From: Methanonatronarchaeales archaeon
GTDB lineage: Archaea; Halobacteriota; Methanonatronarchaeia; JAANXF01
NCBI GenBank assembly: GCA_018263395.1
Contig: JAANXF010000017.1
Coordinates: 16,001-80,000, forward strand
Length of the DNA stretch: 64,000 bases
Reading direction: 5' to 3'
Each line of letters begins with the position of its first letter. Position 1 is the first letter of the stretch. Positions 1 through 8,608 of the stretch are shown here, in pieces. The translations under genes were made by a program, and so were the position numbers. The notes under the pieces are model-generated. The model was not told the DNA's origin. It did not search any database and worked only from the letters and a program-made list of their open reading frames with translations.

Positions 1-411
1 CACGGAACCCCCGGTTACTGCGCTGTATACATCCTCGTCCAGCGAGTCCAGGCTGACGTTGACCCTGTCCAGCCCCGCTGCCCTCAGGCCCCGGGCCCTG
101 TCGGCGAGCATCGTGCCGTTAGTCGTTAGTGAGACGTCCCTGAGCCCGGGGGAAACCGCCTCGATTATCCGCTCCAGGTCCTGTCTAACGAGTGGCTCCC
201 CGCCGGTGAACTTCACCTTCTCAACGCCGCGCGTCTTCGCCACCTCGATGAGGTCGACGACCTCTTCCCCGGAGATTTCACCGTCCGCTGGTTCCCACTG
301 ACCCTCTCTATGGCAGTAAAGACACGACTGATTACAGCCCTGCGTCAGGGAGACCCTCAGGTTCGTGACGGGCCTTCCGAACCGATCCTTAACCCTCTGC
401 GTGGTTGACAA
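1..411 (-). CDS. moaA: GTP 3',8-cyclase MoaA (radical SAM), N-terminal part; the gene runs off the window edge
   Basis: The reverse-strand translation reads (M)STTQRVKDRFGRPVTNLRVSLTQGCNQSCLYCHREGQWEP...KVKFTGGEPLVRQDLERII...SLTTNGTMLADRA...NVSLDSLD. It has the CxxxCxxC radical-SAM motif and lies in a moaA-moaB-moaC context. The TTG start at 411 is my guess. It is absent from the ORF track because it is open at the window edge. Confidence 0.8.
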   Translation of the reverse strand, partial: MSTTQRVKDRFGRPVTNLRVSLTQGCNQSCLYCHREGQWEPADGEISGEEVVDLIEVAKTRGVEKVKFTGGEPLVRQDLERIIEAVSPGLRDVSLTTNGTMLADRARGLRAAGLDRVNVSLDSLDEDVYSAVTGGSV

Positions 412-886
412 CGTGTCTGAGCTCCTCCCTAATGATGGACATCCCGGTCTCCACCGCCCCAGTCGAGCCGGGCAGGCAGAAGACCGGCACGCCGTCTATT
501 ACGCCGGCGGTGGTGCGGCTCAGGACGGCGCGGGTCCCGACCACCCGGTAGCTCTTCAGGGCGAACACCGCGGAGAACCCGGTGAGCTCCTTATCGAAAA
601 TGGGCCTCAGCGTCTCGACGGTAACGTCCCTCGGTGCTACCCCGGTTCCGCCGGTGGTGATCACGGCGTCCATGTCGAGCGACGACCTCACCGCCCCCTC
701 GATTTCGCCCGAATCGTCCCTAACCAAGACCCGCTCCACGCGGTGCCCGTCCTCGCACAGCCCCTCCTCGACGAGGTCACCTGACGGGTCGTCACGGGGG
801 TCCCTGCTGTCGCTCACCGTGACGACGGACACCGCGAGGGGCTCCTCCCCCCTCTTGTGGGGATGAACCGCTTCGTCGGAAATCAC
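389..886 (-). CDS. moaB: MoaB/MogA-family molybdenum cofactor biosynthesis protein
   Basis: The 165-aa ORF contains TVSDSR...DAVITTGGTGVAPRDVT...PVFCLPGSTGA, typical of the MoaB/Mog fold. It lies between moaC and moaA. Confidence 0.85.
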   Translation of the reverse strand: MISDEAVHPHKRGEEPLAVSVVTVSDSRDPRDDPSGDLVEEGLCEDGHRVERVLVRDDSGEIEGAVRSSLDMDAVITTGGTGVAPRDVTVETLRPIFDKELTGFSAVFALKSYRVVGTRAVLSRTTAGVIDGVPVFCLPGSTGAVETGMSIIREELRHVVNHAEG

Positions 887-891
887 CGTTA

Positions 892-1371
892 TTACCGTTC
901 GGTCACATCCCTTTTAACTTTTCGCTCCACCCGAACGTCCGTTATCACCGTCTCGGGGTACTGTCCCTCCGCGTCCTTCTCGACCGACTTCACCATGTCC
1001 CAGACCGTCAGGAGGCCGCGGGCGACGCCGTTCAGGGCCTCCATCTCCACCCCGGTCCGCCCGACGCTCCTGACCGTAACCTCAACCCGCACATAATCAT
1101 CCTCGATGGAGAGATGCACGTCCACGCCGCTGATGGGTATGGGGTGGCAGAGCGGGATGTCGTCCCAGGTCTCCTTCACCGCCTGTACGGCGGCGACTCT
1201 GGTCGTGGCGAAGACGTTCCCCTTCTCGACGCCACCCGCCTCTATGAGGCGAAGCGTCCCCTCCCCCAGAATAATCCTGCCCGACGCGGCGGCCTCCCTA
1301 CGAACCTCCTCCTTTCCGCCCACGTCGACCATCCTCACGCCCTCCCCGTCGATGTGGCTGAACTCGCTCAT
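892..1371 (-). CDS. moaC: Cyclic pyranopterin monophosphate synthase MoaC
   Basis: The 159-aa ORF reads SHIDGEGVRMVDVGGKE...ATTRVAAVQAVKETWDDIPLCHPIPISGVDV...GRTGVEMEALNGV, which is MoaC-like throughout. Confidence 0.9.
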   Translation of the reverse strand: MSEFSHIDGEGVRMVDVGGKEEVRREAAASGRIILGEGTLRLIEAGGVEKGNVFATTRVAAVQAVKETWDDIPLCHPIPISGVDVHLSIEDDYVRVEVTVRSVGRTGVEMEALNGVARGLLTVWDMVKSVEKDAEGQYPETVITDVRVERKVKRDVTER

Positions 1372-2855
1372 TCGCCCACCGGGTAGTTCGGCGCCTCGTC
1401 CGTGATCTTCACGTCGTGCGGGTGGCCCTCCGTCCGGCCGCTCGAAGTAATCCTCAGGAACTCGGTCTCCTCCCGCAGCTCCCGAATCGTGAAGGAGCTG
1501 GTGTAACCCATCGCGGACTTCAGCCCCCCGACCAGCTGGTACATCGTGTCCCTCAACGGCCCCCTGTACGGCGTGACGCCCTCTATGCCCTCGGGAACGA
1601 ACTTGGTGCTCCCGATCCTGCCTCCCCCGTCGTCCCTCAGGTAACGGTCTCTGCCGAAGCCACCCGTCATGGCGCCGAGGGAACCCATGCCGCGGTACTC
1701 CTTGTATTGCCTGCCGTTCCTGGAGACTATCCGGCCCGGCGCCTCCGCGGTGCCCGCCAGGAGTCCGCCCAGCATCACTACGTCGGCACCCGCCGCGATG
1801 GCCTTCGCAACGTCCCCGCTGTACCTGATTCCTCCGTCCGCTATGACCGGGACGTCCTCCTCGGCCGCCACGTCAGCGACGGAGGAGACAGCCGTAACCT
1901 GGGGCACACCCACGCCCGTCACTACCCGTGTGGTGCATATCGAGCCCGGGCCGACGCCCACCTTGACGCCGTCGACTCCTATGGATACCAAGTCCTCCGC
2001 GCCCTCCGCAGTGGCGATGTTTCCCACGACGACCTCGGCCTCCACCTCGTCCATGATGGAGGCCGCTGACTCGACGACGTTGAGGTTGTGGCCGTGCGCG
2101 CAGTCCACGAACACTATGTCCACACCGGCCTCGTCCAGGAGGACGGCTCTCTCCGGGTCGAACGGACCCACGGCCGCCGCCGCAACGAGATGCCCCCCCT
2201 CATCCAGGGAGGCACCGACAAGTCCCTCCCTCTCCAGTATGTCGCTGAGCGTGATTATGCCCCGGAGCCCCCCGTCGTCGTCCACCACCGGGAGCCTCTC
2301 TATGCGGTTCTCGTACATCAGGTCCAGGGCCTCGCCCTCTGAGACGTCCGGGCCCACCGTGATGACGTCCCGCGTCATGGCATCGGAGACAGAGGCCTCG
2401 CGTCCCCTCTTCACCAGCGGCGACAGATCCCTCCGGCTGACGACCCCGACGACCCTCTCGTCGTCCACGACGGGGGCACCGCTGACCCCCTCGGACTGAA
2501 GGTCACCCCACGCATCCTTCACCGGCGTATCCGGCGACACCGAGACCACCTCCTTGACGACGAACTCGGATGCGGCCTTTACCTCCTCCACCATGGCCGC
2601 CTGCTCCTCCGCAGGCACGTTGCGGTGAATGACGCCCAGGCCACCCATCTCCGCCATCGCTATGGCCATCCGGGCCTCGGTGACGGTATCCATCGCCGCA
2701 CTGACCACGGGCACGTTCAGCGAAACCCTGCCGGTAACCCGGCTTGAGACCTCCGCCTCCGACGGCTCCACCCTGGAAGCCGCCGGCTTCATCAGCACGT
2801 CGTCGAAGGTGAGTGCCTCCTCGGCCGACTCCACCTTCTCCCCAAAAGAACCCAT
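1368..2855 (-). CDS. guaB: IMP dehydrogenase with CBS pair
   Basis: The 495-aa ORF has FDDVLMKP, an internal CBS-domain segment, the catalytic loop GVGPGSICTTRVV and GIRYSGDVAKA. It overlaps the moaC start by 4 bp. Confidence 0.93.
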   Translation of the reverse strand: MGSFGEKVESAEEALTFDDVLMKPAASRVEPSEAEVSSRVTGRVSLNVPVVSAAMDTVTEARMAIAMAEMGGLGVIHRNVPAEEQAAMVEEVKAASEFVVKEVVSVSPDTPVKDAWGDLQSEGVSGAPVVDDERVVGVVSRRDLSPLVKRGREASVSDAMTRDVITVGPDVSEGEALDLMYENRIERLPVVDDDGGLRGIITLSDILEREGLVGASLDEGGHLVAAAAVGPFDPERAVLLDEAGVDIVFVDCAHGHNLNVVESAASIMDEVEAEVVVGNIATAEGAEDLVSIGVDGVKVGVGPGSICTTRVVTGVGVPQVTAVSSVADVAAEEDVPVIADGGIRYSGDVAKAIAAGADVVMLGGLLAGTAEAPGRIVSRNGRQYKEYRGMGSLGAMTGGFGRDRYLRDDGGGRIGSTKFVPEGIEGVTPYRGPLRDTMYQLVGGLKSAMGYTSSFTIRELREETEFLRITSSGRTEGHPHDVKITDEAPNYPVGE

Positions 2856-3071
2856 GCCGTACTATGGCACCTATCCGTAAAGAAAGTTTACGTGGGCTCA
2901 CCCCTACCCGCCCCATCCGCTGCGGAGTCCCGGGGCCGCCCCACCGAAATTTCCGCGGATTACGGCCCGTCCGTCGAGATTTAAGCAGCACCGGCGAGAA
3001 CAATCCGTGTGACCCGCACCGCTTCCTTCGAAGGCGAGTGCTCAAACAGGTCTCTCCGGAGGAGAAGACCT

Positions 3072-3281
3072 GTGACCTTCGTAGTGCTGGAGGGCCTCGA
3101 CGGCTCCGGCAAGTCCACGCAGACGAAGCGCCTCGCCGAGGAGCTGGGACTCAAGGCCACCGCCGAACCCACGGAGGGACCGGTCGGGACCCTCATCAGG
3201 GGGGAGCTCTCCCGGGGAGACCTCGAACCTGAGATTCTGGCCCTGCTCTTCGCAGCCGACCTTGCAGGACGGAAAGAGTAA
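3072..3281 (+). pseudogene. tmk: 5' remnant of the resident (high-GC) thymidylate kinase gene
   Basis: It encodes (V)[25 protein letters not shown]...[10 protein letters not shown]...ILALLFAAD. Tmk similarity then ends (LAGRKE, stop) exactly where the AT-rich DNA begins. The GTG at 3072 is the likely start; the track ORF starts at 3009. Confidence 0.8.
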
Positions 3282-3346
3282 AGTTTCAGTCTGTCTCTTT
3301 CAATAACTGCAAGTGAGAGATCCCGTATAACTATGAGTGGACTAGA

Positions 3347-4099
3347 ATGAGCGATTTAATCGATAAGCCATTTTTCGTGGTAATTGAGGGATTAGATGGT
3401 AGCGGAAAATCGACTCAAACTGCTGAGTTAAAATCGTGGCTGGACGATTATTGGAATGGAAATAACGGTAAAAGGGGTATAGCGGTTACAAGAGAGCCGA
3501 CCCAAGGAGATATTGGCTCGTTGATAAGGGACAAGTTGGGGACAAATGGCTTTCTCAAGAACACATTTGCCCTCCTCTTTGCAGCTGATAGGTTAGAGAA
3601 TATTGAGCGAAATATCAAGCCCGAGCTCAAAAAAGGAAAAGGTCTTCTATCGGATAGATTTGTTTATTCTACTCTGGCTTATCAAGGAGCGCAAGGTGCA
3701 GATAGGAAGTGGATATGTGAAATCAACAAAAACATCATCTCGCCAGACCTCGTGGTAATACTGAAATTGGACCCAGAGAAGGCCCTTGAGAGAATTGATA
3801 CAACCGCATTACGCGGTTATTCTAAAAAAGAATATTTTGAAAAAAAATTAAACCTTTTGATTAAAATAAACGAGGAGTATGAAAAAATGTTTCACCAAGA
3901 GGGCGAATATTCGAAACTAGCCGGTATGTATCCTTTCCTAGATACGAGCTTTAGGGAGGTAGATGCACAGGGATCTATACGAGAAGTTCAGAATAGGATA
4001 AGGGGGAACGTAAAGGGCCTCTTAAAGGGGGAAATCCCAATAAAGGATTGGAAACACATTAGATTCGAACCAGAGCAGAAATTCATTTCGGAATATTAA
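3347..4099 (+). CDS. tmk: Thymidylate kinase, complete, on AT-rich (foreign-looking) DNA
   Basis: The 250-aa ORF has the P-loop [27 protein letters not shown] and SDRFVYSTLAYQGAQG, plus a lid-like region. Its codon usage is AT-rich (aaa/ata/tta), unlike the neighbouring genes. Confidence 0.88.
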   Translation: MSDLIDKPFFVVIEGLDGSGKSTQTAELKSWLDDYWNGNNGKRGIAVTREPTQGDIGSLIRDKLGTNGFLKNTFALLFAADRLENIERNIKPELKKGKGLLSDRFVYSTLAYQGAQGADRKWICEINKNIISPDLVVILKLDPEKALERIDTTALRGYSKKEYFEKKLNLLIKINEEYEKMFHQEGEYSKLAGMYPFLDTSFREVDAQGSIREVQNRIRGNVKGLLKGEIPIKDWKHIRFEPEQKFISEY

Positions 4100-4121
4100 A
4101 CGGCATTGTTTAAATCAGAAA

Positions 4122-4466
4122 CCCGCCTACTAGGCGGCGCAAGGCCTCGCCCCGGAGTGGCTCTGCGAGATCAACCGTGACGCCCGCGCCCCGGAGGTCG
4201 CCGTGCTGATAGACGTGGAGCCGGGGACCGGAATGGAGCGCGTGACGAACGGCCGGGAGGGCACCGAAATTTTCGAGAAACTCGGCTTCCTGGAACGGGT
4301 GGAGGAGCAGTACCGCGCCATCTTTCGGGGGAACGAGCCCTGGTCCTCGTTGCAGGAGGATTACGGCTTCCTGGACACCGAGCTGAGAACAGTCGACGGC
4401 GAGGGAACGATGGACGAGGTGACGGGCCGCATCCTGGACGCGGTGGGGGACGTGCTTGTAAAATAG
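4122..4466 (+). pseudogene. tmk: 3' remnant of the resident (high-GC) thymidylate kinase gene
   Basis: The in-frame reading from 4122 is PAY(TAG)AAQGLAPEWLCEINRDARAPEVAVLIDVEPGTGMERV...FLERVEEQY...VDGEGTMDEV. It parallels AYQGAQGADRKWICEINKN...ILKLDPEKALERI in the AT-rich copy. A TAG occupies the position of the conserved Gln codon. Confidence 0.75.
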
Positions 4467-4491
4467 CGGTGTCCTTCAGCTCTGTACGGTT

Positions 4492-4851
4492 TCAATATCC
4501 GGAGAGTATCCGTCGCTTCTGGTCCTCCCACCGTTTCCTGAACCAGTAAAAGTACTCAGAGATTTCGGGCTCCTCCCCGAAGAGAACTTCGTAGTCCGAC
4601 ATGGCGGTGGCCCTAACCTTCAGCGGTAGAAGCTCGAAGACCCGGACGTCGTATATCCGGGGAGCCTTGCCCATCAGGTCCCTCTGGAGCTCCAGGTTCT
4701 CCTCCCGGTTCTCCGTGCGGGTTACGACGGCGACGTCTATGTCGGAGCCGGGTCGGAACTCTCCGGTCACGTAGGAGCCGTAACTCACGGCCTCCCCGTC
4801 ATCCAGAAAGGAGAGGTCGTCACGTATCTGTTCCTCAGTCTTCCCGTTCAT
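4492..4851 (-). CDS. Minimal nucleotidyltransferase (MNT/MntA-like antitoxin)
   Basis: The 119-aa ORF has YGSYVTGEFRPGSDIDVAVV, a GS-x10-DxD polymerase-beta-type NTase motif. It overlaps the upstream HEPN gene by 17 bp. Confidence 0.8.
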   Translation of the reverse strand: MNGKTEEQIRDDLSFLDDGEAVSYGSYVTGEFRPGSDIDVAVVTRTENREENLELQRDLMGKAPRIYDVRVFELLPLKVRATAMSDYEVLFGEEPEISEYFYWFRKRWEDQKRRILSGY

Positions 4852-5239
4852 CGAGGAACTCCTCCACGACGCTCGACAGCTCGCCGAGCACGTCCCGGGC
4901 CTTGTCTACTGACTCCAGGGCGAGGTCCTCGTCAAAGCTGTTGTACCTGTGGACAAGGTGGTTCCTGAGGCCGTTACACCGCTTCAGGTCCTCCGCCAGT
5001 TCAGAAGAGAGCGGCCCGTCCTTGAGAGTCTCGATATTGGTGTAGTCATCCTCCACCCGTTTATCGAGGTCCTTGAGCATCATTGCGAGGAGATCCATGG
5101 CAGCCTCTATCGCGGTGTGTAGCCGGTAGAACACACCGCTGACCTCCAGTTCGTCCTTCGGCCTCTCCGGAAGGTCCATCAGCGAGTCCCGGATGTAACG
5201 AACCTTCTCCCTGTACCTCAGCACCCGCTCGTCCTTCAT
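4835..5239 (-). CDS. DUF86/HepT-like HEPN domain protein (toxin partner of MNT)
   Basis: The 134-aa helical ORF carries the Rx4-6H motif in CNGLRNHLVHRYNSFD and is paired with the adjacent MNT. Confidence 0.75.
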   Translation of the reverse strand: MKDERVLRYREKVRYIRDSLMDLPERPKDELEVSGVFYRLHTAIEAAMDLLAMMLKDLDKRVEDDYTNIETLKDGPLSSELAEDLKRCNGLRNHLVHRYNSFDEDLALESVDKARDVLGELSSVVEEFLDERED

Positions 5240-5309
5240 TACCGGACCTACGTGGAGGTCCCCCCGGAAAGTGTTTTTCCCTGTGGAGCATTTCTGGGGG
5301 CTCCTTCAT

Positions 5310-7988
5310 CTACCTCGATACCAGCAGCGTGGCATCCCCTGCCTCCAGCACCTCGACCTCGCGGCCCCCGGAAACCGGTTTCTCCACGACGGAGACGGCG
5401 TCCCGCGGCACATCCACCGACTCGCCGTCCAGCTCCACCGTGACCTCACCGCCCTCCAGCATCTCCGCCACCGCGTCGGGGTCGGCCTTCAGGGCCTCGG
5501 CGGCGCGCTGCGCCTCCCCCTTCAGGGCCGGCCCGAGGACCGAGAAGTCCACGTCCACGTCCACGGGCCGCTCCTCCAGCTCCGGCCTCCCCTTCCTGTA
5601 CGCCGCCTCCCTCACCTTCAGCGTGGCCTCGACGTCGTCCAAGTTTCGCTCCACGACCCCCCCAGCTCCGTAGACCTCAAGGGACACGACCTCGGCGTTC
5701 AGCGGCACGCCCTCCTCCGACTTCCACCTTCGCACCCGTCGAACCACATCCACTACCTCGCCGTAACCCGCCTCGACCTCGCCGTCGATTAGGTCCTCGT
5801 CTGCCGAGGGGAACTCCGCGGCGTGGACGGAGCCATCGCCGTAGTGGCTGTAAAGCTCCTCGCAGAGGTGCGGCGTGAAGGGTGCCATGGCGCGGACCAG
5901 CCCGTCGACGCAACGCCTCAGAGTGGCGCCCGCGGCCGGGTCCTGCCCGGAGTAAAGCCTGCCCTTCACCAGCTCCACGTAGTCGTCAGCCAGTACGTCC
6001 CAGGCGAAATCCCTCAGCCGCTTCGCGGCGTCCTGGAACTGGAACCCCTCCATGTCCCTCTCGACGTCCCGCAGCGTCCGGTTCAGGTGGCTCAGCACCC
6101 AGAGGTCCATGTCAGCGAGTTCGTGCTGAGAGGAGGTATCGCCCCCTGCCGTTTCGCTATCTCCCCCCTGGAGGTGCGGAGAGGACCCACCCTTTCCTTT
6201 CTGAAAGTGCGGGGCGGATCCTCCCTCCCCGTCCGGGAAGTGAGGAGCGGAGAAGCGGAAGAGGTTCCAGAGCTTCCGCATGAAGCGGGAGCCGGCCTTC
6301 ACCTCCCTCTCGCTGTACGGGGTGTCGCTGCCCGGTGCTCCGCCGGACGCGGCCCAGAGCCGGAAGGCGTCAGCAGAGTACTCCTCCACGACCTCCTCGG
6401 GCTGCACGTAGTTGCCGCGGCTCTTCGACATCTTGTGGCCGTCGCCTCCCAGCACCATGCCGTTGATGAGCGCCGTATCCCACGGCACCGTGTCCTCCAG
6501 GGCGTCGGTCCGGAGCAGGGTGTAGAAGGCCCATGTACGGATGATCTCGTGGCCCTGCTCCCGCAGCTGCGTCTCCCGGAACCCATCGGGCCAGCCCCCG
6601 ACGTGCAGCGCCGAGAGGGAGGAGTCCATCCAGGTGTCGAAGACGTCGTCCTCCGCCTCCACGTCGGTGGAGCCGCACCCGTCGCAGGGCCGCGGAGGGT
6701 CGTCCCTCAGAGGATTCAGGGGCAGGTCCTCTATCTCCGGAATCAGGGCTTCGCCGCAGTCGCGGCAGTACCAGACCGGTATCGGGGTGGCGAAGACCCG
6801 TTGACGCGAGATGCACCAGTCCCACTCCACCTCGTCGGCCCAGGCGTCCAGCTTCTTCCTCATGTGCGACGGGACCCAGTCCACCTCGGCGGCCCTCTCC
6901 TTGACCGCCTCGCTGTCCACCTCGACGAACCACTGCTCCGTGGAGAGTATCTCGATCGGGGTCTCGCAACGCCAGCAGAGCCCGACGTGCTGCTCCAGCT
7001 CCTCCTCGTCCTCCAAGTACCCGAGTTCGTCCAGCCTCTCGATGACGGCCTCCTTCGCCCTCGGGATTGTCGTGCCCTCGAACTCGCCGGCCAGGGTGTT
7101 CATGTATCCCCGCTCCGTTATGGCCTCCCGCAGCTCGAGGTCGTGCTCAGCCCACCACTCCACGTCCTGCTTGTCTCCGAAGGTGCAGACCATGACGGCG
7201 CCGGTACCGAAGCCCGGGTCCACGTCCTCGTCGGCGAACACCTCCACCTCCTGCCCGAAGATGGGGACCTTCGCGGTCTCTCCCACGAACTCCGCGTACC
7301 GCTCGTCCTCCGGGTTCACCACGACGCCGACGCAGGCCGGAAGCAGCTCCGGCCGCGTGGAGGCGATGCGGAGCTTTCCACCGTCACCGGTATCGAAGTA
7401 GAAGTAGTTCAGCTTCGTGTCCCGGTGCTCGTGCTCCACCTCGGCGTCCGCGATGGCGGTCTGGCACCGCGGGCACCAGTTCACTGGATACTTACCGCGG
7501 TACGCGTCGCCGCTCCGCACCATCTCGACGAAGCTGCGTTGCGTCTTGGCGAAGTACTCCGGACGCATCGTGACGTACTCGTGGCCCCAGTCCTGGGAGA
7601 ACCCGAGGCGCCGCATCGTGGCCCGCATGGCCTCGATGTTCTCCCACGTCAGGTCCTCGCACATCTCCCGGAACTCGGCCTTCGGCACGTCGTTCTTCGT
7701 GATGCCGTGCCGCTCCTCCACCTTCACCTCTGTCGGGAGCCCGTGGCAGTCCCATCCCTGCGGGAACAGCACGTCGAAACCCCGCATCCGCCTGTACCTC
7801 GCGGTGAAGTCCATGTAGCACCAGCCCAGCGCGTTCCCGATGTGGAAGTTCCCGGTCGGGTACGGCGGCGGCGTGTCGATGGCGTAGCCCGGCTCCCGAC
7901 CGGAGTACGCGTAGACGTCGGAGCCCTCCCACTCCCTCCGCCACTTCGCCTCGACCCTGTGCGCGTCGTACTCCCTGGGGACCTCCAT
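5310..7988 (-). CDS. valS: Valyl-tRNA synthetase
   Basis: The 892-aa ORF has YAIDTPPPYPTGNFHIGNALG, ARYRRMRGFDVLFPQGWDCHGLPTE, an editing-domain region and KMSKSRGNYV. Overall colinearity is with archaeal ValRS. Confidence 0.88.
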   Translation of the reverse strand: MEVPREYDAHRVEAKWRREWEGSDVYAYSGREPGYAIDTPPPYPTGNFHIGNALGWCYMDFTARYRRMRGFDVLFPQGWDCHGLPTEVKVEERHGITKNDVPKAEFREMCEDLTWENIEAMRATMRRLGFSQDWGHEYVTMRPEYFAKTQRSFVEMVRSGDAYRGKYPVNWCPRCQTAIADAEVEHEHRDTKLNYFYFDTGDGGKLRIASTRPELLPACVGVVVNPEDERYAEFVGETAKVPIFGQEVEVFADEDVDPGFGTGAVMVCTFGDKQDVEWWAEHDLELREAITERGYMNTLAGEFEGTTIPRAKEAVIERLDELGYLEDEEELEQHVGLCWRCETPIEILSTEQWFVEVDSEAVKERAAEVDWVPSHMRKKLDAWADEVEWDWCISRQRVFATPIPVWYCRDCGEALIPEIEDLPLNPLRDDPPRPCDGCGSTDVEAEDDVFDTWMDSSLSALHVGGWPDGFRETQLREQGHEIIRTWAFYTLLRTDALEDTVPWDTALINGMVLGGDGHKMSKSRGNYVQPEEVVEEYSADAFRLWAASGGAPGSDTPYSEREVKAGSRFMRKLWNLFRFSAPHFPDGEGGSAPHFQKGKGGSSPHLQGGDSETAGGDTSSQHELADMDLWVLSHLNRTLRDVERDMEGFQFQDAAKRLRDFAWDVLADDYVELVKGRLYSGQDPAAGATLRRCVDGLVRAMAPFTPHLCEELYSHYGDGSVHAAEFPSADEDLIDGEVEAGYGEVVDVVRRVRRWKSEEGVPLNAEVVSLEVYGAGGVVERNLDDVEATLKVREAAYRKGRPELEERPVDVDVDFSVLGPALKGEAQRAAEALKADPDAVAEMLEGGEVTVELDGESVDVPRDAVSVVEKPVSGGREVEVLEAGDATLLVSR

Positions 7989-8014
7989 CGCCCCGGAATT
8001 CAGCGGGACGGCCC

Positions 8015-8150
8015 ATTAATTCTGCTGAGCGGAGTCCGGCAAAATTAATTATAATTATTTTATATGTTAAATATGTTCGGGTATAACCTGCATAATAATT
8101 ATGATAATTATTTATCATTCCGGTAACATTTAAGTAAAAGCGCGGCGTTT
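8015..8150. promoter_or_regulatory. Extremely AT-rich divergent intergenic region with reiterated ATAATTAT-type motifs
   Basis: The sequence aaaattaattataattattttatatgttaaatatg...cataataattatgataattatttatca lies between the valS start (7988, minus strand) and the 8160 ORF (plus strand). It contains multiple TATA-like elements for both directions. Confidence 0.6.
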
Positions 8151-8159
8151 CTTTGTTAC

Positions 8160-8489
8160 ATGAAAACAGCCATCAAAACAGCCGTCTACAGCCCCGTAAT
8201 CGAGGAGGTCCGCGACGAGCGGGAGGTACGGAGGGCCGGGTCCGAAGGTGGGCTGCTCTCCGACGTCCGGGGCGTTGACCCCGCACTGGCCAGAAAAGCC
8301 GCCGTCGTCGTGTCAGACCTCGCCGCGGACCACAGGGCCGTCGAATCGGTGAAGTCCACTCTCGGCGCCCTGGTAGACGACGACCTTTTGCCCTCCACCG
8401 CAGAGAGGCGGATATGCGATACCTACCGACAGAACCTCCCGGAATCCCTCCCGGTGGAAGGGGCCATAGAGCGGATATACTCCGCCTAA
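8160..8489 (+). CDS. Hypothetical protein (109 aa)
   Basis: It is an ATG-initiated ORF with backbone-like composition directly downstream of the AT-rich promoter region. I recognise no motif. Confidence 0.45.
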   Translation: MKTAIKTAVYSPVIEEVRDEREVRRAGSEGGLLSDVRGVDPALARKAAVVVSDLAADHRAVESVKSTLGALVDDDLLPSTAERRICDTYRQNLPESLPVEGAIERIYSA

Positions 8490-8608
8490 AGCGGTGCTCT
8501 CAAAAGGCGCAGGCCTGAAAAACCTCTCTCATTGCCGACCGGCACGGCCCGCGAAGGCCGCCTCCATCGGCCCTCACCGCGTTCTCCACGGGGACGGAGG
8601 CCGACGTC

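Noticed and set aside
3261-4133. The AT-rich insert in tmk as a spliceable archaeal (bulge-helix-bulge) intron or an intein-like element. RtcB and archease are encoded in this window.
   Set aside because: Joining the two high-GC fragments would still lack the essential DR(Y/F) segment and would retain an in-frame TAG. Splicing therefore could not restore a functional Tmk. The insert encodes a complete independent tmk rather than a homing endonuclease. I could not identify a BHB motif by eye.
5823-8048. A 741-aa plus-strand ORF opposite valS. Similar long antisense ORFs include 45170-46396 (-), 42489-43688 (-), 27135-28601 (-), 23987-25333 (-), 13619-14707 (-), 12569-13549 (-), 15869-16912 (-), 48822-49721 (-), 36941-37963 (+) and 19663-20748 (+).
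   Set aside because: Their translations are Arg/Pro/Gly/His-rich and low in complexity, and they lack any motif. They lie exactly antisense to genes with strong family signatures. Long stop-free shadow frames are expected in high-GC DNA.
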